Shown: in pieces, positions 55,114 through 62,634 of the stretch
Position numbering within the stretch: position 1 is the first letter of the stretch
Layout: each line of letters starts with the position of its first letter
Assembly: GCA_963667765.2 (NCBI GenBank)
Contig: CAXXON010000001.1
Span: forward strand, 1,151,722-1,215,721
DNA from: Dehalococcoidia bacterium
GTDB lineage: Bacteria > Chloroflexota > Dehalococcoidia > Lucifugimonadales > UBA3495
Reading direction: 5' to 3'
Length of the DNA: 64,000 nt
Translations under genes and position numbers: made by a program
The notes under the pieces: model-generated
The model's input: the letters and a program-made list of their open reading frames with translations, nothing else
Database searches by the model: none
Told to the model about the DNA's origin: nothing

Positions 55114-55550
55114 TCCAACAGCCTCTTGCCGGTGAACTTCTCGTACATCTCCACGATGAACCGCTTGGCGCTCAGGGTCATGGGGCCGTCGGGCCGGGTG
55201 CCCACCCGGAATGCCGGGTCGTCCAGCACGAAGCGGTAGGCCCTTTCCACGTCCTGGGCCTCGTCGCCGTAGGGGTCAGGCTGCGGCCCGTGGCCGGCCC
55301 GGTGGAGCAACCGCTGGACGTCCACCCGGTAAAGTTCGGCCAGCTTGCGGACCACGTTGGCGCCGGGCTGTTTATCCCCTCTCTCAATCTGGGACAGGTA
55401 GGAGCTGGAGACGCCGGTGCGCCGGGTCACCTCCCGCAGGCTGACCCGTCCCCGCAGCCGCTTGAGCAGGGCGCCGATCTCCTCGTAGTCCTCCGCTTCC
55501 CGCCGTTCCTCGACTTCCAGGCTGTCCTCTGGTTGGTCCATGATTGGCAC
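55110..55550 (-). CDS. XRE-family HTH regulator
   Basis: LREVTRRTGVSSSYLSQIERGDKQPGANVVRKLAELYRV is a canonical Cro/C1-type HTH. Confidence 0.8.
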   Translation of the reverse strand: MPIMDQPEDSLEVEERREAEDYEEIGALLKRLRGRVSLREVTRRTGVSSSYLSQIERGDKQPGANVVRKLAELYRVDVQRLLHRAGHGPQPDPYGDEAQDVERAYRFVLDDPAFRVGTRPDGPMTLSAKRFIVEMYEKFTGKRLLE

Positions 55551-55796
55551 TCCCCCGTCCGTCGGTGTTGGGGCCGAACAGGTGTTACGTTTCTGCGAGT
55601 TGATTGTTACATAACAGTAAACACTTTGTCCATATACGCCGGTGCAGCCCTTCTGTCCATTGCCTGTTGTGGAGGGAGATTGCTACACTCAGACCCGCAG
55701 AACGGGCTATCTAAAGCCCAGGCCGAGTATAACGCACCGGCACCCTCCGGGCTACCCCCGGAGGGTCAGGCCGGACGCCAGCGAGAGACGCAGTCT

Positions 55797-55973
55797 TTGA
55801 GCAAGCAGCGAAAACTCACCAGGAACCAGGAGCGCCAGCGCATGGAAGGGCTGCGCGTCCTGGCCCGCATCATCGCCCGCCACTACCTGGAACATCCCGA
55901 GGCGTATCCCGTTGCCGCCGACCCCGACATCGAGGTTGACGGCAACCGGCGTCCGGGGCAGAAGGAGGAATAG
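55797..55973 (+). CDS. small basic protein with GLRVLARIIARHYL helix (third family member)
   Basis: TTG 55797 is proposed because conservation (ERQRMEGLRVLARIIAR versus EREQIQAGLRILARIIAR) extends upstream of the first ATG (55842). Confidence 0.4.
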   Translation: MSKQRKLTRNQERQRMEGLRVLARIIARHYLEHPEAYPVAADPDIEVDGNRRPGQKEE

Positions 55974-55975
55974 CC

Positions 55976-56218
55976 GTGAAGCGCACCAAGCCCGTCTTCC
56001 GGGCCCGGCTGCACCAGCGCAAGGCCTGGGAACGGCTCAACGTGCTCAACATGAGCCAGAACGATCTGTCCCGGCGCATCGGCCGGTCCCCGGGCTTCGT
56101 CTCCGACATCTTCAACGGCCGGCGCTACGCCTCCGGCGAGACCCGCCAGCTTTTCATGGACGCCCTGGGCGTCACCCGCTTCGATGACCTTTTCATCCTG
56201 GAGGAGATAGATGAGTGA
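55976..56218 (+). CDS. XRE-family HTH protein (80 aa)
   Basis: GTG follows GGAGGAATAGCC. MSQNDLSRRIGRSPGFVSDIFNGRR is an HTH. Confidence 0.7.
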   Translation: MKRTKPVFRARLHQRKAWERLNVLNMSQNDLSRRIGRSPGFVSDIFNGRRYASGETRQLFMDALGVTRFDDLFILEEIDE

Positions 56219-56507
56219 GGAACGCCAACCGCCCGGCTACCGCCCGGTCCCGCCGGGCGTCGCCCTGATGCCCGATGACTTCCCCCGGCGGCTGGAGGCT
56301 CTCAAGGAGCTGACCGGTCTCACCTGGGAGGGGATGGCCGACGCCCTGGGGGTGGACCCCCGCCAGCTGTTGCGCTGGCGCACGCAAGGCGGCGAACCCA
56401 ACGGCGGCGCCATGCTGGCCCTGGTGCGCCTCGCGGTGCGGGTGCCCGGTGGGTTGGACCTGCTCCTGGACGAGGACCTGATCGTGATTTACAAACCGAG
56501 GAGGTAA
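56211..56507 (+). CDS. small HTH-like protein, tandem paralog 1 of 4
   Basis: DFPRRLEALKELTGLTWEGMADALGVDPRQLLRWRTQGGEPNGGAMLALVRLAVRVPGGLDLLL. Confidence 0.6.
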   Translation: MSEERQPPGYRPVPPGVALMPDDFPRRLEALKELTGLTWEGMADALGVDPRQLLRWRTQGGEPNGGAMLALVRLAVRVPGGLDLLLDEDLIVIYKPRR

Positions 56508-56511
56508 CTGC

Positions 56512-56829
56512 ATGACGTTGGCAGAGCGGAACCTGTTGGCGGAGTTCCGTCCGCCGGCCTGGCCCGATGACTTCGGGCGGCGGCTGGAGGGCCTGAAGGT
56601 CCTGGCCGGACTGACCTGGCAGGAGATGGCCGCCTTGCTGGGCGTGACCGACCGGGCCATCCTGCTGTGGCGGCGGGGCGAGCGAAAGCCCTCCGCCGCC
56701 AACATTTTGGCGCTCACCGAACTGGCCCGCAGCATCCCCGGCGGGACCGAGGTGTTGTGCCAGGGCGACGCCGGTGCCTTGACCCTATGGGTCAGGGGCG
56801 GGGAAGGCGGCGGCGAGATTGGTAGGTAG
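56512..56829 (+). CDS. small HTH-like protein, tandem paralog 2 of 4
   Basis: DFGRRLEGLKVLAGLTWQEMAALLGVTDRAILLWRRGERKPSAANILALTELARSIPGGTEVL. Confidence 0.6.
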   Translation: MTLAERNLLAEFRPPAWPDDFGRRLEGLKVLAGLTWQEMAALLGVTDRAILLWRRGERKPSAANILALTELARSIPGGTEVLCQGDAGALTLWVRGGEGGGEIGR

Positions 56830-56833
56830 GCAC

Positions 56834-57115
56834 ATGAGCGGAACGGAGCGGGACCGGTTCTTGCGGTTCCCGGCGCCGTCCTTGCCCCAGGACTTCCCGG
56901 TGCGGTTGGCTCGGCTGGAGGACCGCTCCGGCGTGTCGCTGGAAGAGGTCGCCCTGGCCGCAGGATTGCCCGCCCGCCGGGGATCCCTGTGGCGCATCGG
57001 GCGGCCCCCCAGCGATGACGAGCTGCGGGCCATCGTGGAGTTCGCCTGCTCCGTGCCCGGCGGCGTGGCGGTATTGCTGCTGGACGCATCCCAGCCCTGG
57101 CCGGTGCGGGAGTAG
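56834..57115 (+). CDS. small HTH-like protein, tandem paralog 3 of 4
   Basis: DFPVRLARLEDRSGVSLEEVALAAGLPARRGSLWRIGRPPSDDELRAIVEFACSVPGGVAVLL. ATG 56834 chosen within ORF 56819..57115. Confidence 0.55.
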   Translation: MSGTERDRFLRFPAPSLPQDFPVRLARLEDRSGVSLEEVALAAGLPARRGSLWRIGRPPSDDELRAIVEFACSVPGGVAVLLLDASQPWPVRE

Positions 57116-57119
57116 TTCT

Positions 57120-57404
57120 GTGGGCCGCCGCCAGCAGTGGGTCTATCACATCGAGCCGGAGGAGTTCCCCCCGGACTTCCCGGACCGGCTGGACGCTTTC
57201 CGGCAGGCCGCCGGGCTGAGCTGGCGGGGCCTGGCCCGGCGGCTCAAGGTCAACGCCCGGACCGTGTGGCGCTGGAAGGCCGGGGCCACCCCGGGTTCCG
57301 GCCACTTGGTGTCGCTGTTCAGATTGGCTGCTGGAATGGGGCTGCTCCATCTGCTCTTGCCGGAGTTGGGGGAGCCGGAGGACGGTAGCGAAGCGCTGGG
57401 GTAG
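57120..57404 (+). CDS. small HTH-like protein, tandem paralog 4 of 4
   Basis: GTG 57120 within ORF 57015..57404. DFPDRLDAFRQAAGLSWRGLARRLKVNARTVWRWKAGATPGSGHLVSLFRLAAGMGLLHLLL. Confidence 0.55.
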   Translation: MGRRQQWVYHIEPEEFPPDFPDRLDAFRQAAGLSWRGLARRLKVNARTVWRWKAGATPGSGHLVSLFRLAAGMGLLHLLLPELGEPEDGSEALG

Positions 57405-57568
57405 TTGGCGCAGATTATCTGAAATCACCGCATCGCAGGGCCGGACGGGTTATTCCGTCCGGCCTTTTCGCGTGTTTGGCGGCGCCGGCCTGGAAGAAGC
57501 TCAGGCTGAGCTGCCCAAGGGTGACGCTTGGACAACGAGGAAGGAGTACGCCGTGGTTTTCCGAGTGT

Positions 57569-58081
57569 TCACCGCGTTCTGGTCAGGGTGATTATAGCTA
57601 TTGCGGCGCGTTCGCTTTGGATGGTCTGAAGGAAATCCACGATGGCGGCTTCGGCTTTGTTCAACCAGGTGGTCGCCGTCCGAGCGGTGAAAATTGCCCG
57701 CGGGTTGTAGTCCGCGTTATGCCGCTCGTTCTGGAGGTCGCGGAACAGGTCGGCGAATATCTGGGCATCGGATGACAGGTAGGCGCGGTTCTGTTGGAGT
57801 TGAGCTTTGGCATGGTTGTGGTTCAGGCCACGGTAGATACGAATCCAGGCCTCGGCTGTCAGTTGGTCATGGGCGGGACCGATGAGCGCGTCGGCGTTGC
57901 TGGCGGCCAGGGCATGGAACGCCGCGTAGTAGGCGGTGCTGATGGCCCGTCGGACGGCTCCAGGCGCGGGCTGCGCGGTCGGCGGTTGCGGGATGAGGGT
58001 TGACCGACCAGCGGCAATGAGTTCTACCCAGTTGACCGGGACCGGGGGTTGAAAGGCCGGCTGGACGGCCCCGGTGGTCAT
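57569..58081 (-). CDS. HEPN-like domain protein
   Basis: RRAISTAYYAAFHALAASNA and LQNERHNADYNP resemble the HEPN helix and its R-x4-(H/Y) region. ATG 58081 overlaps the upstream stop (ATGA). Confidence 0.4.
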   Translation of the reverse strand: MTTGAVQPAFQPPVPVNWVELIAAGRSTLIPQPPTAQPAPGAVRRAISTAYYAAFHALAASNADALIGPAHDQLTAEAWIRIYRGLNHNHAKAQLQQNRAYLSSDAQIFADLFRDLQNERHNADYNPRAIFTARTATTWLNKAEAAIVDFLQTIQSERAAIAIITLTRTR

Positions 58082-58365
58082 GCTGGAATCTCGCTCCGGT
58101 CCGCGTAGGCGATGGTCGGCCGGTCGAAGCCTCGTTCCTTGCACAGTGGGTCTATGTGGAGAGCGAATTTGTTGAGAGCGCGGGGGTCGAGTTCGGGATG
58201 GTCGTCTTCGAGGATGACAGTGGTTCTGATGTAGTCGTCGCCGTCAGGTCCCGGCAGCAGTTCCGAGGTCACTTCGGCGATGACGAAAGCATTGGATAGG
58301 TATCCGGTAATCTCGGTGTGCACGAGGTCGGAAACGTGGGCCAGAGTTGCGTAAGAGGCTGTCAT
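58078..58365 (-). CDS. 95-aa acidic protein, partner of the HEPN-like gene
   Basis: MTASYATLAHVSDLVHTEITGYLSNAFVIAEV... It has no nucleotidyltransferase (GSxxxG...DxD) motif and no recognised family. Confidence 0.4.
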   Translation of the reverse strand: MTASYATLAHVSDLVHTEITGYLSNAFVIAEVTSELLPGPDGDDYIRTTVILEDDHPELDPRALNKFALHIDPLCKERGFDRPTIAYADRSEIPA

Positions 58366-58541
58366 GGCGTTTGCCTCCTTGCCTAATTTGTACTCAAATG
58401 TTATGGCTGCCGTGGCCGCAGCGTCAAGCGGGAAGCGTGGATTGGTGCATACCTGCTGGACTATGGAGCAAATGCCCTTGGTCGGGCTCCCTCGCGTTCC
58501 AGTTCATTTCGACACTTTGTCCAAGCGGGAACCCCATCCAG

Positions 58542-59366
58542 TTACCAATTCAACAGTGCGGGCGTGTGCAGGACTGCAATGGGGAAATAGTTGAGGATAT
58601 TGAGGGTTATCACCGGACCGTTGAAGGCGAACATCAACAGTTCCAAAGTCATCGTTGGATAATTGTCAAGTAAATCGGCGATGAGCGTCTGGTCCCGGCG
58701 TGTTGAAAGCCTGAACTCCGAACCGGTCGGGTCATCGGTGTCGAGCCACATGGTCACTGAAGAGGCCCCCGGGTGCGTCAGGTCGCACAAATCGCTGTAG
58801 CATTGCTTTATGCTGTGGGCGTTCTGGTCCCCAAAGATTGTCAGGTATTCCTGCACTTGACGCACCTTGTGGGTCGGTGGCGCATTGGCCCGCTCCGGTG
58901 CCTTGAGACTCCGTGCGTGGGAGTAGTGAATAAGTTCGTCCTCTAACACTGAAGAGAACAGCAAGGAGGTGGCGCGGCCTTCCAGGGATTCAGTAATCGC
59001 AGCATGGCGATGTGCTAGGGTCAACGGAGTGCCGATGAGGGCGGTGGAGGCATCGGCGGCCGATTCCATGAGACCTCGAAGGGCAGCGGCGAAAAGGACA
59101 AGATTGTTCTGGGCCCAGGCTTGCTCAACACCGGAAAGCCAACGTCGGCTTCTCAAAATAGCTGTAGCAGAGGCGAGATGCGCCCTGCCGAGGGTTTCGC
59201 TCCAGTAGACCCGCATTGCTTCGCTTAGATCGTGTTCAAGTAGCTCCTTGTATTCTTTGTCGTCCATGATCGTGTACCGCGTTTCCAATCGGTCCAGGCC
59301 CAAGTCATCGACGATTTCAACAAAGCGAACCCCGTCCGGATTAAGCACCGATTCCAATCCCGCCAT
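58542..59366 (-). CDS. hypothetical protein (274 aa), lower-GC cargo
   Basis: Long ORF with coding-like composition in a low-GC patch. No motif recognised. Confidence 0.45.
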   Translation of the reverse strand: MAGLESVLNPDGVRFVEIVDDLGLDRLETRYTIMDDKEYKELLEHDLSEAMRVYWSETLGRAHLASATAILRSRRWLSGVEQAWAQNNLVLFAAALRGLMESAADASTALIGTPLTLAHRHAAITESLEGRATSLLFSSVLEDELIHYSHARSLKAPERANAPPTHKVRQVQEYLTIFGDQNAHSIKQCYSDLCDLTHPGASSVTMWLDTDDPTGSEFRLSTRRDQTLIADLLDNYPTMTLELLMFAFNGPVITLNILNYFPIAVLHTPALLNW

Positions 59367-59569
59367 TTCGCTAACTCCGTATTTCTTTGCTCTGATAGAC
59401 TATTGTATCCACTGTGTATATCCCCGGTGCCTCTTGAATTGGCACTTCCTACCGGAATCTACGGGCGGTGCCGACGTTGGTAAATAATGGCCTGCTCCCC
59501 TATTGAAATGGATCGGTGCGTCTAAAAACTTGCGCGGTGCAACAGCGGCGAGGGCAATAAAGGAGGACG

Positions 59570-59989
59570 ATGATGTGGCTCTTGGCTAGGTGGTGGATCA
59601 CAGCAGCCGCGATAGTTGCGGTTTTGGCATTCATTCAGGCCGGAATTGAAAAAGAGGTAACGATGCAAGACGGCTTGGTTGCGCTGTGCGTGGCAACCGT
59701 CTTTTTGATCGAGGCCATTAGGGCACGCCAGGGCCTGATGATTCTAGGCGGCATAGGAGGCATCGCCAGTTCGTATCTGTGGGTTGCCAATGGCGCTGAA
59801 GCATCACCGTTTGACCTTCCGTTCCTAGTTATTTTGGGGCTGCTCTTCATAGTGGCGATGTTGGCGGCTTTCGGGTTTATGCTCCCCTTTATAGGGTCCA
59901 ATCAAAGTAGGGGCGGGCTCCTGATGATTGGTGTATTCGGCCTGTTAGTCTTGGCAGTCTGGGCGATTTTCAAGTTCCTGTTGCCTTAG
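59570..59989 (+). CDS. integral membrane protein (4 TM)
   Basis: Hydrophobic segments WWITAAAIVAVLAFIQAGI, LVALCVATVFLIEAI, LMILGGIGGIASSYLWV, FLVILGLLFIVAMLAAFGFMLPFI and LLMIGVFGLLVLAVWAIF. Confidence 0.5.
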   Translation: MMWLLARWWITAAAIVAVLAFIQAGIEKEVTMQDGLVALCVATVFLIEAIRARQGLMILGGIGGIASSYLWVANGAEASPFDLPFLVILGLLFIVAMLAAFGFMLPFIGSNQSRGGLLMIGVFGLLVLAVWAIFKFLLP

Positions 59990-60232
59990 TCACCCATCAA
60001 AGTAGGGATTCCTCATCCCTCTCACCTTGGATAACGTCAGCGGTTATTGAGCCGTTCTCGTACGAAGACACAGACGGCCTTTGCGGGCGGTCTCAACCCT
60101 ACCAGCGAGGGGCAGGGTGGTAGCCAATGCCTAGCGTGATCCGCTACCGCCGTCAATTGTCGTTGCAGCGTTCAGTGGCATAATACGGAGCAGCCAGGCG
60201 GAGCTCCGCCCTGTCCGGTCCGAGCTTCCTGC

Positions 60233-60967
60233 TCATTTCCTGACCACTCCCCGGGAATCGTTCCTCGACGCCCTCCGGTTCAGGGCGCGGTCCAGAACGG
60301 CAAAAGCGCCGGAGTCCACACCGGCGCCGGGTTCCTCCCGCCACAGCAGGGTCTGGGCCACCAGTCCGGCAATTTGGAGCAGGCAGTCGGTATCGGGATT
60401 GCGGAAGACGGGTCCGCCGATTATCCGTTCAATGGGCAGGTTGCGGGTGTGCCAACCGTCGCCGCCGTCGCGGACGGGAACCGGGTTGTAGCTGCGCAGG
60501 CGCTCGTAGGTGCGGACCACCGTATCGTCCGGTTCCTGCCCGAAGATGAGCAAGGCGTAACCACCGTCCCGAGCGGCGGTGGCGTTGACTCGGTTGAACA
60601 GGCGGTCCAGGGCGACCCGGCGGTGGGCTGGCGCTTCGTCCATGTCCAGGCAGGCGTTGATTATCTGGACGCCGCCGGTCTCCACGGCGAGGTCCTCGAT
60701 GACGCGCAGCCCCTGGGCCACGATCTCCGCCGCTTGTAGCGACGCCGGTTGGTCGTGGCAACCACAACCGCAGGACGACGCTGGGTTGGTCAGCAGGTCG
60801 CTGGGGTAGAGGCAAGCGTCGGCGGGGATGCCGTGGCTTTGTTCCATCTGGCGGCGCCACTCACGGACGCGGCGGTAAAGCCGGTTCCAGGCCCGGGCGT
60901 CCACGCCCAGAGCGGTGCGGACGTGGCAGCGTCGGCCCTGGGTCTCCATCACGTAGTAGATTCTCAT
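60233..60967 (-). CDS. possible DUF3800-like protein
   Basis: GGAGGAAACA RBS then ATG 60967. The C-terminal block DTDCLLQIAGLVAQTL resembles the DUF3800 '...S..s.llQlADl.a' motif. The N-terminal YYVMETQG sits where DESG is expected. Weak evidence. Confidence 0.3.
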   Translation of the reverse strand: MRIYYVMETQGRRCHVRTALGVDARAWNRLYRRVREWRRQMEQSHGIPADACLYPSDLLTNPASSCGCGCHDQPASLQAAEIVAQGLRVIEDLAVETGGVQIINACLDMDEAPAHRRVALDRLFNRVNATAARDGGYALLIFGQEPDDTVVRTYERLRSYNPVPVRDGGDGWHTRNLPIERIIGGPVFRNPDTDCLLQIAGLVAQTLLWREEPGAGVDSGAFAVLDRALNRRASRNDSRGVVRK

Positions 60968-60994
60968 TGTTTCCTCCAAGATTGGCGTGGGTGT

Positions 60995-62632
60995 TCAGCG
61001 GGGTTGAAAGGCGTAATCCGGCGGGTCGCCGCTGCGGGCAATCCAGGCCGGTCCCAAAGGCCCGGCGCTCTCCACCAGTTCCCTGTGAGAGGCCAGGAGC
61101 GGCACCCGCACGCGGGCGCGTGCCATCTCGCGGGCGGCGACTTCCAGGAAGTGGGTCAGGGCGATGGGGTCGTCGAAGACCACCAGGACCAGGGGTTGAT
61201 TGCCGTGGTCGTCGGTGGGCCTGGTAGTGGTGTAATAGCGCAGGTAGGGAGCGACGCGGGCGGCCATGGTTGCCGGCCGCACCGCCCGGCGCTCCCACTC
61301 CAGGAAGAAGGGCCAGGTATTTTCGCCTCGCCGGACGATGCCGAAGGCGTCGGGATGGACCGAGCGCAGCACTCCCTGGTGACGGAAGTAGCGCGACGCC
61401 CGGCGGGGCGGGTCCAGCTGCACGATCTCCCGGGAGCGGGAACGGGCCTGGCGGGCCAGGGCGGCGGCGAAGGCGTGGACGGCGGCGGTGTGCTCGACGT
61501 TGCGGAGCAACTGGCGGGTCCGGGCTCCGGCGACGTTGCGCCAGTCCAGGGGAGCGCCGGGGTCGAGCAGGGCGGCGCTCCACCGCCGGCGGGCGTCGCC
61601 CACGGAGGAACGGTCCCGGCGCGCCAGCATCACCAGCCCCCTATCGGACAGGGCCAGTCGGCGCTCCCCGTCAACGCCGGTGTCAATCAACAGCTTCAAC
61701 TCGTGCAGCCGCCGCGTCACCTGGGACAAACGCGAGCGTTTTACGCCCAGCAATGCGCCCAGGTGTTGGGGCGAAAGCCAGGGCCAGTCGGCCAGCAGGT
61801 CCACGGCCCGCTTCTCCACCGGCTTGAGCCGGGACGGCAGGAGGCAGTCGGCCCCCGTGTCCAGATCATCGGGCATGGCGGCCCGTTTTGGCGGCTTCCG
61901 CAGGGGCCAGGACCGGGGCGGCCCGGTGTGGGCCAATGCCGTTTGCAGGTCCAGGGGCGCGGGACCGGAGGGGGTGCGCCAGACAGCGGACCCGGACCCG
62001 GCGGAAGCGGCGTCGCTCTCCAGGGCCAGGAAAACCGGGCCGGACAATGCCGCCGCCAGCCTTCGGGCCTGGCGCAGGCGCACCTCGTCGGGCAGCAGGA
62101 TCAGGACGGCGCTGGTGGGCGGCAACTGCCCCAGCCGCCAGACGCGCTTGCCGAAGGCGGTGCGGTCGGCCGTGTTGCCCTGGCGCACCACGGCCAAAGT
62201 CCGGCCGTCGGGCAGGACAAGGGCGGCGTCCAGGGGCATGGCCCGGTACCAGCGGAATACCAGGGGGTGATAGATCTGGTTTATGGCCGAGGCCAGGCGG
62301 TAGATGACGGCCACACCGTCCAGGCGTTCCAGCAGCCCCCGCCGCCACTGGCGTGAGACGGGCAGCAGGAAAAGCGTTTCGTCAAGGGATACGCCGTCCA
62401 GCTCCGCCAATCGGTCCACCCCGGCGGCGGTGAGGGCGTGGCGGCGGGTGGGGGCTGCCAGGGGCGAGGCGTGGGGGACGGCTCTCACCATCCCCTCGCG
62501 TTCCAGTTTGCCGACGGCCTGGTACACCGCGCCCCGGGACCAGCCGGTGAGGGCGGCCAGTTCCAGCCGGTCCAGGAAGGGCATATCGGCCAGGCGCCGC
62601 AGGGCGTCGGCCTGGCAACGGTTGAATCTCAT
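60995..62632 (-). CDS. replication-relaxation family protein (paralog of 22017-24074)
   Basis: N-terminal winged-helix repeats (LELAALTGWSRGAVYQAVGKLEREGMV; LGALLGVKRSRLSQVTRRLHELKLL). The C-terminal part is HPDAFGIVRRGENTWPFFLEWERRAVRP. Confidence 0.6.
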   Translation of the reverse strand: MRFNRCQADALRRLADMPFLDRLELAALTGWSRGAVYQAVGKLEREGMVRAVPHASPLAAPTRRHALTAAGVDRLAELDGVSLDETLFLLPVSRQWRRGLLERLDGVAVIYRLASAINQIYHPLVFRWYRAMPLDAALVLPDGRTLAVVRQGNTADRTAFGKRVWRLGQLPPTSAVLILLPDEVRLRQARRLAAALSGPVFLALESDAASAGSGSAVWRTPSGPAPLDLQTALAHTGPPRSWPLRKPPKRAAMPDDLDTGADCLLPSRLKPVEKRAVDLLADWPWLSPQHLGALLGVKRSRLSQVTRRLHELKLLIDTGVDGERRLALSDRGLVMLARRDRSSVGDARRRWSAALLDPGAPLDWRNVAGARTRQLLRNVEHTAAVHAFAAALARQARSRSREIVQLDPPRRASRYFRHQGVLRSVHPDAFGIVRRGENTWPFFLEWERRAVRPATMAARVAPYLRYYTTTRPTDDHGNQPLVLVVFDDPIALTHFLEVAAREMARARVRVPLLASHRELVESAGPLGPAWIARSGDPPDYAFQPR

Positions 62633-62634
62633 GG

